Origin: Nageia nagi
Taxonomy: Eukaryota > Plantae > Pinophyta
Reading direction: 5' to 3'
NCBI GenBank assembly: GCA_050084985.1
Contig: JBITNC010000002.1
Location: 15,252,001 to 15,316,000, forward strand
DNA: 64,000 nucleotides
Of this stretch, positions 1 to 13,810 are shown piece after piece; the stretch's first letter is position 1, and each line of letters opens with the position of its first letter. The notes beneath the pieces were generated by a model. It was given only the letters and a program-made list of their open reading frames with translations, had not been told where the DNA came from and ran no database searches. A program made the position numbers and the translations under genes.

Positions 1-539
1 GGTTAAAAGTAGGACTTATGAAGAGAACACCAAATAGGTGTAAGAGGTGATTTTCTTGATAAATTTAGAAGCATAAAATCTTGACATATTAAACGAAATT
101 ACCTTTTTCTTTTTAAGATTAACTTTGAGACCATAAGTAGCACAAAAGGTAGTTAGGGTGTTAACCTATGCATTGTATGAGATAACAAATGATATCATCT
201 GTAAAGAGAAAAATTGAAATAATGTAATCATACAAAACATAATCCATACTTGTGCCCAAGGTGCTTGAGATTATTTATTCAAGTTCATCAATATAGAGCC
301 CAAATAGAGTAGGTGAGAGGGGATAATCTTGTTTTACACTAAAAGTGTAATGGACTGTATCAAATAACTCAAACTTGGCCAACTACCTATTTATATAATG
401 TCATAATAAGGGACATGACATCTCTAGGGATCCCTACATTGTCAAGTCTTTAGAATAAGAGAATTTAGGGATAGTATCAAAGATTTATGAAAGTCAATAA
501 AACAACAATAAATCCACTTCAATAGTTTTTTAACACTTA

Positions 540-1370
540 ATATATTTATTTTTATTCATACAAATACAATGAATTGATTACTTATATTTTTATAAAAACT
601 TTATATATAAAATAAGAGTAATTTCCCTCTCTTAAATAATCAATGCACTTTAATTTTTTTATTCTACTTTATTTTAAATTAATAATTAATTCACATGAAC
701 TATATAGTAAAATTGGTAGATGGACAATACCTAAAACACCATGAGATAAAATAATTTGTAATCTTTATAACCTAAATACCATATAATATAAGACTCATTT
801 TCTCCTTGTCTACCCACTTTACATAGGCATTAGAAAAGCTTATAAGGATATTTGTAATTATAACTTGATACATGAATTCCTAAACTAAGATAACAAAAAC
901 CAACTTTACAATTTTACTATGCATCTTTATTCTATTGGAAATAATCATTTAAATACATAAAGGATATATATTTATCCATGGATAAACTTTGATAACAATG
1001 TTAGAATATTAATACATCTTCATATCAAACATTATAAGTTAACAACTATTGGTATTATTCCATAAGTTAACATCTAATATGGGCATTGTATCTTTCTTAG
1101 TTGCTTTCGCAAATGAAGTTTGAATACCAAAATTTAAAAATTGACAAACTCTTGCCCTTTGAATTTGAATTTATAGTTATCCTTGAGACAACATTTGAGG
1201 AATCATAATATACAATCAATCTCAATGAGAGAAAATAATATTGAATTTCTTATCATGTGGAATAATATTACTTCCTTATGATCATCCATTACAAGAGTAC
1301 ATTAATAATTAGTCTTTTATGTAAAAATATATTACCAAACATTGATAGCATTTGAGCAGTATTATCATTT
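540..1370. repeat. Copy 1 (gene-less, internally deleted) of a local segmental duplication unit
   Basis: 541-1040 aligns by eye to 4278-4900 and about 20090-20320. 1226-1370 (gagagaaaataatattgaatt...taatattacttccttatgatcatcc) aligns to 6396-6475 and 21435-21590. The ORF found between these flanks in the other copies is absent here. Confidence 0.75.
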
Positions 1371-1379
1371 TTTTAAATT

Positions 1380-4055
1380 CTTATATTGTATTGTTGACAA
1401 ACACTCTTCCTAGATTCTAGGAAAATTAATTAAGTACAAAAAAATCCAAAATTGATTATGGGCTTTACTACTTTCACAATAATCAACAAAAACACATGCT
1501 TCGCTCTTAGGATCAAGCTTCTTCCTGAGTTCATTAGCCAAATAATAAAAACTTTGAAGTGGTTAACATTGGGTCTATTTTTATACTAATCCTCATAAGG
1601 ATTTTTTCCAAACTATTTGTTGGACTCCTATTCAAAGTATACTCTACTATATGGACTACATTAGCCTAATAAAAATTTATCAACCCCTTGGTTTGCAACA
1701 TACTTTTAGCCATCTCTACAAGAGTCCTATTCTTCCTCTTTGCTACTCCATTCTAATATGATGTATAAGTAGTAGTGAGCTTATTTTAATGCTATTATCT
1801 TTGAAAAATTAGAGAAACTCATTAGAGAAAAACTCCCTACCATGGTCAGTCCTTAAACATTTAAGGTTGTAACCACTCTGATTCTAAAAAAAAATTCTTA
1901 AAATATTTGAAATAAGTAAATGCTTCATCCTTATGTTTCAAGAAACAAACCCAACACATTCTTGAATAATCATCAATAAAGGTAAGAAAATAAGAATTCT
2001 TACCCAAGCTTTTGGATTGCGCTGGTCCACAAATATTAGAATGAACCAACTAAAGTGGGTATGAGGCCCTCCATGCTTTTCCTTTAGGAAAATTTTTTCT
2101 AGTGTGCTTTCCCAATGGACACCCCTCACAAATAGTTTTATGCTCCTCCACCTTTCACAAATGATAAATCATCTCTTGAAATATTAACAACCTCAGACTT
2201 GAAAATTCAAATGACCATACATGATATGCCATAACTAACTCTTATTTTCAATTATCACATTAGCAATATTGGCCCCTTTTCCTCCAAATTTCAAAGGAGA
2301 CAATCGATTGGTGATCATAAGAACAATGGTAACAAATCTATTCCCATAGTTCTTACCATAAATGACATATTTATTATCAAAAAAGTTAGCTTGTAGTTTA
2401 TTTCTAATATTTGCTATATACTCAACAAATTATGTTTCAAATTTGGTGTGTAATATATGTCATGAAGCCTCCATGCCACCTTTGGAAGCCACCTCTAATG
2501 ACCTACCATCTCCAAGCTTAATGTTGGATTTGAAGGAATAATCCATGGAAGAAAATACCTTCCCATTAACAATCATATGATTGGAATGCCTTGAATCAAT
2601 AATCTATTTTTTTTTAATATTCTTATCAATCTTATTGTATGATAAGCACATATTTTTATCAACCATCTGTTTTTCATCATAGTTGGTTGTTTTTTCATCA
2701 TTTCTAATCTTCAACCTACATTGTTGTAGGTTAAAAATAATAACCACAACATTTAATTTTGGGGTGATTGTTCTTAACACTTTTCACAATGAATTCTTTT
2801 TATAATACTTGTCCAAGAGTTCCCATTTTATTAACCAGTATTCTCACACAATAGTCACCAACTAACTTTATTTATTGCATTATGAGATTTTTAAACTCTC
2901 TCCTTCGAGTTTACAATTTTGCATCTTTAACCTTCTCACTTCCTTGGTATCCTTATTTTAGAGACTTCCATGCAACTTCAACTATCTTACAATTGAGTAT
3001 CATTGGGAATACACTCTTATCCAAGGTTGACTATATGTGGTAAAGAGCTAAGAACTTATTCTTCCATGCATCCTTCATAGCTTGTCTATTTGTTGCTGCA
3101 AGTATGATCTAGTCTATTGGTTTTGTGTAACCATCTTCCATAATTTCCCAAAGACCTTTATTGCAAGGTCCTCATGTTAATATTCCTGTATTCATAGTCA
3201 AATCCATCGAACTTAGGGATTGGCAATGAGTTAGTGTTGTTGGCCATTATACCCAACAAGCACAGATCTTGCAATAATCATTACAAAATAACTCAATAAA
3301 TTGTTACTAATATCAAAGGTGACTTTAACCATCCAAACTTACAAGTCTTTGATACCAAAATGAAGTTTAAGACAAAACAACAAAAACACAACTTCTTAAA
3401 ATAGTGAGCACTAAAGTTACAGTGTAGAGCATCAAAGTTGATAAACAAATGACCAAGTGAGCTCAAAATGAGGTATATAAATAATTGTTGGAAATAAATC
3501 AATAATGGGTATCCAAAAATGCAAAAATATCAAATACTAAACTTCAATTTTAGAAGTGCCAAAGTTAAATAGGAGCACCAAAGTTTGGGTAGTAGCACCA
3601 AAGTCTAGACAAAAAAGACTAAAATGTGATTTTTAGAGGTGAAAATAAAGTGGTTAACATAAATAAAATAAGACATGTGATATATGGATGGAAAGTGCTT
3701 GGTAATACCTTTTCAAAGGTGTATCATGTTTTATAAAAAGGGCAACACAAAAAAGCCATTAAGCTACAAAGTAAGTTGTTTAGACTTTTGTAAATTTTGG
3801 ACTAAAACACAAGTTGGGAAAATGTTTTTTATTACTTACTTCAATTCATGTGTCCACACTTTGAAAACTTGTACAAAATCTAAGACTAATCAAACTACAA
3901 AATCTAAGTTGTTACATGTAAAGTAATAGTCTACAATTGTTACAAACTAAAATATTCTTATAGTTACATATTGTTTTATTCTGTAGTTATAAAATGAGGG
4001 ATAAATTTATTTTGCGAACTTTGAAATGCCACATGGTCAACATCATATTCCAACG
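1380..4055 (-). mobile_element. 3'-truncated Ty1/Copia LTR retrotransposon (5' LTR, PBS, gag, protease, integrase remnants)
   Basis: Integrase core in ORF 1861-2049 (VHSNICGP...FLTFIDDYSRMCWV), protease-like IIDSRHSNHM near 2580-2600, gag start near 3249 (MANNTNSLPIPKFDG). A tRNA-Met PBS (TGGTATCA on minus) lies next to the LTR end at 3361. The outer LTR end near 4055 is tentative. Confidence 0.8.
3347..3357 (-). promoter_or_regulatory. Primer binding site (tRNA-iMet) of the Copia fragment
   Basis: Plus strand ctttgatacca reads TGGTATCAAAG on minus, just after the LTR end TTCA. Confidence 0.7.
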
Positions 4056-5653
4056 AGGAAAGCATCTAAAATATCTTTTCATGGCCTTTATTTTAAATTA
4101 ATTGTTATGAATTGAAATTCATTAAAGTAAGCATCACCATCCTCAATGTATGTATTACCTCAATTTTACTTTTACTTATACATAATTTATTTTACCGTGT
4201 GCATATTTAACATCATTTATTTTACCTATGCACACATTTAAAATTCCATTTCATATTTAATTATTTTCTAGCACTTGATATATTTGTTTTTATTCATACA
4301 AATCCAATAAATTGATTACTTATTTTTTATAAAAACTTCACATATAAAATAAGAGTAATTTCCCTCTCTCAAATAATGAATGTGCTCTAAATTTTTTATT
4401 ATATTATGTTTTATATTAATAATTAATTCACATGAATTACATGATGAAATTGGTAGATGAATAATACCTAAAATACCATTGGATAAAAGAACTTGTAAGC
4501 TTTGTGATATAAATATCATAAAAGATAAGATTCATTTTCTCCTTGTTAACCCACTTCTCATAGGCATTAGACAAACTTAATTACAACTTTATACATGAAT
4601 TATTAAACTAAGATAACTAAAACTAACTTTACGATTTTATTATGCTTCTTATTTTTGTTGGAAACAATCATTTAAGTACATAAAGCATATATGTTTATAT
4701 ATGGACAAACTTTGATAGTCCTAGAAAATGTTGGGTTTAAAGGACATTAAAAGATATAATTCATTCATTCAAATGCACATAAATTATATTAATTTAAAAA
4801 AGATAATACAATATTTATGAACAAAAAATGGATAAAAATTAATCACATAAATATGAATCAAATGGGAGAAATTATTCATCTTCATACCAAACATTATAAG
4901 TCAAAATGTGAAAATTACATGTTTTAAAATGGAGATTACATATACAAAGTAGAGTACATAATCTTTTCTTCTCAATTATACAATCTTCATCTAAATGTTG
5001 TAAGAAAGTGATCTTTTGTTCTAGTAAATGCATGATCTTCATATAGTGCACTGCGAATTAACTGCTTAAGGGGCTCCAATTTCATAGTCCTTGTATTTGC
5101 TTGCATTGATAGTTGTAGTAGCACCTTTGTAATGGAAGTAATCATGCTACCAAATTAGAATGATCACTTAAAGATATACCAAACATCAATGAACTAAGAA
5201 GCATTCTAATGTAATTTTCGATTGACTTGCAAATGTAAATGAAGTTGCTTATTATTATTTATATATGTTATACCATATAAATGGCACTTAAAGTTTACTA
5301 TCATTTCACGAAAACTTTAATAGAAAGGTTGACATTTGCACATGAAAAAATCCTTGTTAAAGTATAAGATCCAAATAAAATATATATAATTATCACCATA
5401 TTTTCCTATGATAAATAATTTTGAATAAAAAATGGAATTCTATCTCATAGTTACAAATTAAAAAAATGAAAACTACATGCTATTTAGAAAGCATACTTTA
5501 AACTTTAGCTTGCACACTTTATTCAATGCATTATGCTTACTCCTTAACATCAAATTACAATATTTAAAATTTGTAAATCTTTACTAGTTGTTTTTAAAGG
5601 AAAATTAGATTCATCTATTTGAAAATTCTATGATTTGATCAAACCTTTTCATC

Positions 5654-6262
5654 TTATAAAACAAAAGTAATAAAGAAAAGAATATAATACTTACTTGAGT
5701 TCTCTTTTCTCATGATGCCTGCTGCTCTCATGAGTTTTAGCTTTGAGAGTGTACAGACACAGATGGAAGTGCAGCAGATGCTAAGAAGAATACCCAACTT
5801 CACAAGGCACAACATCACGAACAAAAGTATGGAAACCCATATAGCCACGTCATCACAGCCAAGGCACTCCAGGCTTATTCTTCTACTTCCATTGTCATTC
5901 GTTGCCTCCGACGTGGCCAACACGTGGACCTCATTCGGCTCGATAGTAGGCTTCGGCATTGCCCCGTCAGCACCTTGTCCATGGGTAGCAGAAACTTCCG
6001 ATCTCTGTGATTCGACGGAAACCTCAGCTCCAGGATTCTCCTCTAACAATTGAGAAGAAAATCTGACGGGGTTAGCAAAAGAAAAAGGCCTTACTAACTC
6101 GTCTGAAATCATGGTGGAGTCTGAGTTAGTTCTCCGGGGCTTTTGAAATGAATTTCTGTCATTTTTGGATCTCCTATTCATCTCGTATTCAGAGAGGTTT
6201 TTCTGCTTCTTTTCATTTTTCATGCCACTGCCGAAGCAGTTGAGACTCAGTTTGCTCTTCAT
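5654..6262 (-). CDS. Uncharacterised plant membrane protein, probably At5g23160-like family (possibly only the first exon)
   Basis: 202-aa open ORF in a CpG-retaining island. It has an N-terminal CFG motif, a hydrophilic middle, and a C-terminal hydrophobic segment (WVSILLFVMLCLVKLGILLSICCTSI) recalling the G-x-x-x-x-I-x-CTS motif of that family (recalled, not searched). A GTAAGT donor at 5694-5689 suggests splicing. A paralog lies at 20853-21307. Confidence 0.55.
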   Translation of the reverse strand: MKSKLSLNCFGSGMKNEKKQKNLSEYEMNRRSKNDRNSFQKPRRTNSDSTMISDELVRPFSFANPVRFSSQLLEENPGAEVSVESQRSEVSATHGQGADGAMPKPTIEPNEVHVLATSEATNDNGSRRISLECLGCDDVAIWVSILLFVMLCLVKLGILLSICCTSICVCTLSKLKLMRAAGIMRKENSSKYYILFFITFVL

Positions 6263-6699
6263 GGCGTGTTGCTTGTGAGATTATGGGTCTTTAGTTTTCC
6301 CAGCTTTTATTCTTCTGGGTTGTGTTCAACATCGTGGGCGCGGTATTTGCTATGAGAATTTTGCGGTGTTATCCAGGTGGTTGGACGATCTCGACGAGAG
6401 AAAATGGCATTGAATTGCTTGTCCTGTGGGATAATATTACTTCCTTATGATCATCCATTATAAGAGTACGTAAACTATGAGAGGTATCTTTGAAGTTGTA
6501 ATTCTCCAATGTGATTTTAATTTTCAATTATTTAGATTTTGTTTTATTTAAATTTTTGAATTAAGAAAATTAGATATTAAAATTAATCGAGTTGATATAA
6601 TAGATGTTATTTTATTTTTAATGATTTTTTTGAAGTCCTTTAAAATCTTTTATCAAGTGCAGGTTTTCAGTATCACTAAAATGATATGTTTCCATTTGT

Positions 6700-8500
6700 T
6701 TCTTTGAATCTTTGCGTTATTGTGTTTCCTTTCTTATATCCTCTATTTTATTACATGGGACACAATCTCCTTTTACTCTTTCAATTATGCTTTTTGGATT
6801 ATCTTCAACTTTGACTGTATGAATAATTCTTTCGTACTTAAACTTTAGGCAAATGGTATGAATCCAAACTTTAGGCAAATGGTATGAATCCATGGTATTA
6901 CAAGAAGGGTAGTATAAGGAAGCTTCCCATGCATGATATATATATCTTGGTCTCAATCACTTTGAGTCCCAACTGAATTGGTAAATAAATATATCCAACA
7001 CATTGTTTCTTCATATTGTTGAAACCCTTGACCTTTATCGTTTACCTTTTGAGCCTAGTTAACAATTTTCCTTCAAACTCTTTCAATAACTTTAGTGAGA
7101 AAATGTTGATCTTTGAAAAGATGTCCACCAAGGTAAATTTTACTATCTTATCACATATCTTCATACTTATGTGCAAACATAAGCTACAATTTATGATTTC
7201 TTGAGTTGGTAGCTCATCATCATCAAACATAATCATATTAACATATCTAAGATAATCAACTATGGATATAGAAGTGCTTATTTGAATGTTAGGATCAACA
7301 TATTATTTATCTAAGACTTTAAATAATGTCAATTTATATTTTTTTAGAAATCATAAATAACTTATAAAGACTAATTTTAGTAGGTGTATTTTTCAATTGA
7401 TGAACAAAATTAGAATGCAATTTTTTCCTAGGAGAAGAAGGTATATCATTTCCTTATGTAGTACTAGGGTTAGGAATACCTCTTCTTATACCTCTCATTA
7501 CCACATTACATCTTATTTTTCTTCTAATTCTTATTCATCATCATCATGAATAAGCATATTCACCATGTTGATTGTTTCACGAATATCATCATTTGCAGTC
7601 AATTTGAAATTTAGCCATTCACATATTTCACTTTGTTGTTATCAAGGAGCTCTTAAAGTATTCTCTTCAAATCAAAGTAATTAGTGGTATAATGTCCTTT
7701 AACTTGATGCTACCCATAAAATACATTTGGCTTATATCAAGATGGGTTTTCATTAGTTTCTTTAGTTCTTTTCCTTGGATCTTTTTTATGAGACCCTTGT
7801 CAAGATAATATTCAAACATATTTATAATATATACATGTAATTGAATGTATTATCTTTCTTTTAGTTGGCTCTTTTGATGTATTTGTGGCATCTACTTTCT
7901 TTGAATACGATTTCATAGGATTATATTTATTTGTATTAATGTATTTAAGGTAACCCACAAATACCATATCTTTTTATTTTTGAATAAACTTAAATATCAT
8001 ATCCATAAAAGGATCATACATATGATCAATTGTAAGACATTTTAACCTAGGCATAATATTCTCAACAACAACTTCAAAAATTAATTTCTTAATAATTGTA
8101 CAATCTAAAGCTCTCCATACCAATAAATTTATTTAGGAACTCACTTGATCCTTGTTTGCAACCTATCAAATATCTTAATCCAAGGGACCTTTAAATATTA
8201 CACTTGAAATGATTATTGAACAAATTCTTTAGCTAATGTTATGAAGTAATAGAATTTAGATCCAAACTATGAAACCATTTCCTAACTTCACTGGTCAAAA
8301 ACATTGAAAAATACCTAGCTTTGAGGTTATTATTGATGTCACATTTCAATTCCATAGTATATTGAAAGTCCTGAATATGAGTATTTGGATCTTCTTCATC
8401 ATTGAAATTTGTTAACTTAGGATCCTTATTTGTTTCCATGAGGATAATATTTAAGATTAATTCACATCATGGATTTCCTCTATCCTCTATAATAAGCAAG
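6700..8500 (-). mobile_element. Decayed Ty3/Gypsy (Tat/Athila-like) gag-protease remnant
   Basis: ORF 8239-8439 (PKLTNFNDEEDPNTHIQDF...ARYFSMFLTSEVRKWFHSLDLNSITS) is a typical retrotransposon gag domain; the rest is heavily interrupted. Confidence 0.65.
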
Positions 8501-9315
8501 CCATCATTTAATTATTGTCATATATTATTTAGTTATGTTTGGAGGCTTCACAAGGTTTTATTATAGGTTAGATTTGTTGATTCAATCAAAGACAAAGGTT
8601 ATGAGAATTGACTCTATGATTTGCGCTCTAAGCAAGTTAAGAGCATCATCCACATATGTTTTTTGCAACCTTTTTAATATTTTTTTCCTATTGTTTTGCT
8701 AGATATTCCATTTCTATCACACTCAAATAAATTATGATCAAATAGATAAAAAACTCTTATGATTTTTGGTTGAAGAAAATGACTTAAAAGTATGTGAGTT
8801 TGAAATACAATTTCACCAAATCTTAATTAGGGTAATGGAAATGTAAGGAGTCAAGTTTACCAATTCTATTGATATTTAAAATCAGTAGTACTATAAACTA
8901 AGTTATGGTAAATATCAAAAAAATAATAAAGAATATAAATAAAGGATAACAGATAATGATGTAACAATGTGTAATGAATATAATAACCTGATATATGATG
9001 AATGTAAACCTATGAAAAATAATATCTATATTATTGGACCATACTTAAGATCTAATATCATGAGAAAGAGATAAAAGAGAATATAATTATTATCTTATTT
9101 GAACAATAAATTATATACACAAATGTAATCTTGTTAGTATAGTGGGATCTATTATGCGAAGTTTGTAAGCAATATGGTTAGACAACTTACTGTAACTGCT
9201 ATGATCAATATTGATGCTAGTCTAATATGAAAGAGACAAACCTAATCTAGCATATAATAAAAAATAATGAATGAAAAATCTTACATTATAGAATGATCTT
9301 AATCTCAATAGGAAG

Positions 9316-9594
9316 TGTTGATAAACACCAAGACTTGTAATAGGATATCCGTATTAAGATGATTATTTGACAATCATCACATGTGAGGGTTTCCCTTTTT
9401 TATAGACAAGCGAACCACTAAGATGTATATCTCTTTTTAGTGTGATTGCCTTCTTCCTTTAATGATTATTTTAACTACTTGGATGGTATATTTCCAACCT
9501 TACAATTTTCTCATTGATTAGTACAAATGTTTTATTTGGGCCTAATCATAAATTGTATTTTTTATAGCTCAAATTTCCAACATGGTATCAAAGC
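9316..9594 (+). mobile_element. Short LTR-like segment followed by a tRNA-Met PBS
   Basis: tgttg at 9316 through ccaaca at 9582, directly followed by tggtatcaaagc (9583-9594). The left boundary is tentative. Confidence 0.4.
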
Positions 9595-10099
9595 TTTGTA
9601 TTACTAATCTTTTATAAGTATTGTTGAAGGTTTAACGATCTTGATTTGAAGAAGAAAATTCATCATCGAGATATTTACTTTGCAATATTTATATTTTTTT
9701 TATAAGGGCTTACTTTGCCCATTTTTTTCTTGCCTTAAATTAAAAATAAATAATCTATTTTTTCATGCAAATCTTAATTTAGGGTTTATAAATTTTATTC
9801 TAATCCTAACCCATTTTCATGTAAATTTTTTTTTATGATATAAATAAAAATAATAATTTATTTTATTTTATCTATTAGACCTCAAAACCTAACATCTTTT
9901 ATATATATATATTGGCATGCATGGTATCCTCCACACGAAGCAATCCAATCTTAGGATCCTTTGTCACAAGTAGGATCAACAAGAGTATGAATAGTAGAAT
10001 GTGGTCCAAATGTCTCAACAAAATAAATAGAAGAAGATTTTTAAATCAATTTTAGAAATTTTTCTTCAACCTCATAACTAAACTCATTATCTTTATCAA

Positions 10100-11650
10100 C
10101 TTTATAAAATTAAATTGGGTTTCCCTCTTTAAGATCTTGAGTTTCTTAATAAATAGAAAAAGATGCATGCCTAATAGTTACTATCTATTTAGAGGATTGT
10201 TCTATTTCAATTACCACTTTTTCATTTTAGGAGCATGTTCATCAACAAAAACTTTAAATTCATATTATCTTATTACATTTATCATACCGCCAAATTTTGT
10301 AATCATTTCTTGATCCTATTTAGAAATATTCCTCTCATTTATATTAATAATCACACTCTTAAGAACCATATAAGAGTTGTATACAATAGTATGAAGATTT
10401 TTGGAGTCCAATGACTTGTAATAACTAGAGTTTGGGATGTTTCTTCAATTTAACTTGCTCAACTTCTTTCCCAAATTGCACTAGAAATTCAATAACATTA
10501 TTTTTTTCTAATCTTATCAAAAGTATGTATGAAATTTTAAGTAACATAGTCTCTAGAATAGAAATAATCTTATTAACAGACACTCCTCTAAAAACCTTCA
10601 ATTCATCTTGGTATTTCCCAACTTCACAAATAACATATTACTTTCTCTTACCCATGGAAAATATCTAAAAATAATAATATAACATATTTCTTTTTGTATA
10701 TATTCATAAAGAAATCTTCAAATGGGTTATACACATATTTTACTATAGATGAAACATAGTAAGTACTAGTCAAAACTGCAAAATTATCATATGGTCTCCA
10801 AGTGACCTCACCAAACTCATAATTATCCATGTATTTGAAGTCTTTAAGGAGATAATGATAAGCTAGGTAAATACAATGACCCAAAGTATAAGGATCTCTA
10901 ACCAATTCTTTCTACCTCTCTTCATACACAACCTAAGTTTAACATCTTCATATGCATGCCTAACAATCTCTATTGCAATAATAAAAATAAGGTAGTATTT
11001 AGGCAAAACTTTGGGAGGAAACTTGGAACCATAAATCCTGATATAATAAAAAGTATTTGTATAGAAAAAAGTCTCCAACCTAATGATTATTTAAGAAATT
11101 CCTAACTTGAGGAGAGATACCAAAATATTATTCTTTAAAAAGAGGAAAATGAACATGAACAAAGAAAACATTCACACTGTCAAAGTAAGAATCCCCTCCT
11201 TCATGAATTAGAGGTAATATTTGTTGAATTCTTACAATATAGTCTTGAGTTTCACCATTCTTAAAAATTAATCCTTCTTATAATTTTCCTAAGAAAATTT
11301 GAATTAATATGGAATAATATGTAAAGTTAGGCATTTCCTTAGCATTCTCCTCACCTTGTTTCTTCAATTAAACTAATTCTTCATTTATTTTTTTACAAAT
11401 AAAAATAGCCTAATCATACACAATGAGAATACTTTTATGTTTAGATTCACAAACTAAAAAATGGATAAGAGCAAAGACTTCATTCAAATTTTCAACTCCT
11501 AGTAAAATGTTAAACAAATCAACATAATCCATTACCGATAATTTTAATGAATACTTATTAATAGGAGGAGGAGGAATCACATATTTTCTCATAAATAAAT
11601 CTCTATATGCAAATAATTGATTAACCATAGTTGCTTACATCTTAATAGTA
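10100..11650 (-). pseudogene. Decayed retroelement accessory ('extra') ORF, homologous to the gene in the 8-kb LTR
   Basis: ORF fragments 11410-11628, 10863-11078 and 10648-10905. The motif FYYIRIYGSKFPPKVLPKY...IEIVRH matches FTYLRVFGSKGAPYKLPYY...MEFSRH in 56751-57065. Confidence 0.6.
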
Positions 11651-13759
11651 TTACTATCAATTTATTTTTTGTTCCTTTTCACAAATCAAATACTTTCCTA
11701 AACAAAAGTGGTGATACAAAATAAAACAGAGCTAGAGCAATTCTTAAATTTCCTATTCAAGGAGAATATGATAAGACTAACCAAGTTTACAAGTTTGAAG
11801 AAAAATATACTCTTGTATAAGTTAATTTTCCAATATCTACATTCCACCTATTACATTTAGGATCAAGGTAATGAGAATATTCATGGGATTTTCTATACAA
11901 TCCAAAACGTAACCATACTAACTTTTTCAAGTACTTTCTCTATATGCAACATGTGCTAGCCTAATACATTGGTATTAATAGCTTGTATATGTACCTCAAT
12001 GAGATATGTAATGCCTCCTACCTTTTTAATAGTATGGACTACTTATGATTTTTATTCTTTCCCTTAACATTTCTTGTATATTTCTCCTTCATCCCAACAT
12101 GTCGAATGCTCAAGATTCTATTGAGGTTTGATCTCTAATTTGACATCACTATCTTATATCTATTGTACTTATTTTTTATTGCATTTAGATGAAGAAGAAT
12201 CCATGGAAAACTCTAAAAAATAACAATCTTTCTTTTGGAATAATTTTAGCTCTATGATAACAATGCAAACTTAATTCAACAGCTAGAGATGATAAATGAA
12301 AAGTTTATATTCAAGGCTTAATAATGACTCTTAGAGCTCTAATTAATACGAGTTGTATTACATTAATGTTAATCATGCAAATGTCCATATGATCTCACTT
12401 TCTAATATCATTCACACTAGCACTTGCATTTATATGCACATTTGAGGAATGAATTCAAGAACCTAGATTGTTGCGATATTAATGTACATAAATCTCTTTA
12501 ATGATATAAAATCCTCTTACTTTTATAAAACTTACATAATATCATAAATAATCTCAACTTAGCTCTTAGAATGATCATGCACTTATGAATTCAATGATCT
12601 ACACATACTAATTACATTTGCACATCAACACACTTAAGAGAAAGAGAGATATACACTCCTTAGTTCTATTAAAATCAATGCACACATCAACTTACTAGTG
12701 TATATGTATACTTACACCCCTTCCAAGTTTTAAGATTTGTGCACCAACAAATTACACACATATTCACACAAAAATAAATATGTACATATATGACTAAGTC
12801 GAGCATGCATAAAGCCTTCACATGAGCATGTAGATAAAATTTAAAGGTATATATCATATAAGGATTATGTGTGCACATCTTTATTAAATACGCAAGTGCT
12901 CATATAAGGGATATACAAAACTATATTAAAAGTGTACTAAGGGAAAACCGATGCACATGTGATTTAATGAAAATATGTGCATTAAGGATCTAAAAGATCT
13001 TAAGGCATTACTAAGACAAATGAAAATTTTGAAGCCTTAATCAATATAGCTTAAATATATTTTAAAGGATTATCAAAGAACAATGAAAAAAAATATGTAT
13101 CAAAGTATAGTGGGATTCAACTTTAGAAAGGAATTGATCATCAACTATGATATAAGAATCTAAAATTTGTTAATCAAGTAACTTAGACTACAAAATAGGT
13201 CTACTCAAAATAGCACTATAAAACTTTAATGAATGAGACCTTAAATTTGTTTAGAAATAACGATGTTAATCCTTCATGAAACATTTTAGATCAAATAAAT
13301 GTAAATCCTAAAAAGAAAGATTATTGAGGAGGTTTGGATGTCTTCCTTAAATGATCATAAGGGCTAATGAAATCCTTGATAGCGATTAGACACTCCTAAT
13401 TATTATTAGCGATAATATTGTAATCAAAGTGCATATATAAGTATGAAATTGATGACTCGAAGTAATAATATCTTATATTTAGTATCATTTTAGATGATAT
13501 ATCTTGTTAGGATATGAAAGTATTCTTCTATAATGTTAGGGAATAAAAATGAATTTGATACCAAATTGCTCATGATTTAGGATAAGGGTTCCATATTACT
13601 AGTGATTTAGGCTTAGAGGGATCTAAGTGATGTGGTGGCCTTTCAATAATACATCAAGGGATTTTTACAGTTAATGGAGTAATTAAAAATAATTCCTTTA
13701 GAAATCAAGGAAAAGAACATAAGAAGAGGCCAAATATTCCTTATGATAATCTTTAAAAG

Positions 13760-13761
<2 letters not shown>

Positions 13762-13806
<45 letters not shown>
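13762..13806. repeat. (TA)n microsatellite, about 22 units
   Basis: Directly visible. Confidence 0.95.

Positions 13807-13810
<4 letters not shown>

Noticed and set aside
5712-6053. Plus-strand ORF (and its counterpart 21115-21393)
   Set aside because: Antisense shadows of the minus-strand gene and its paralog.
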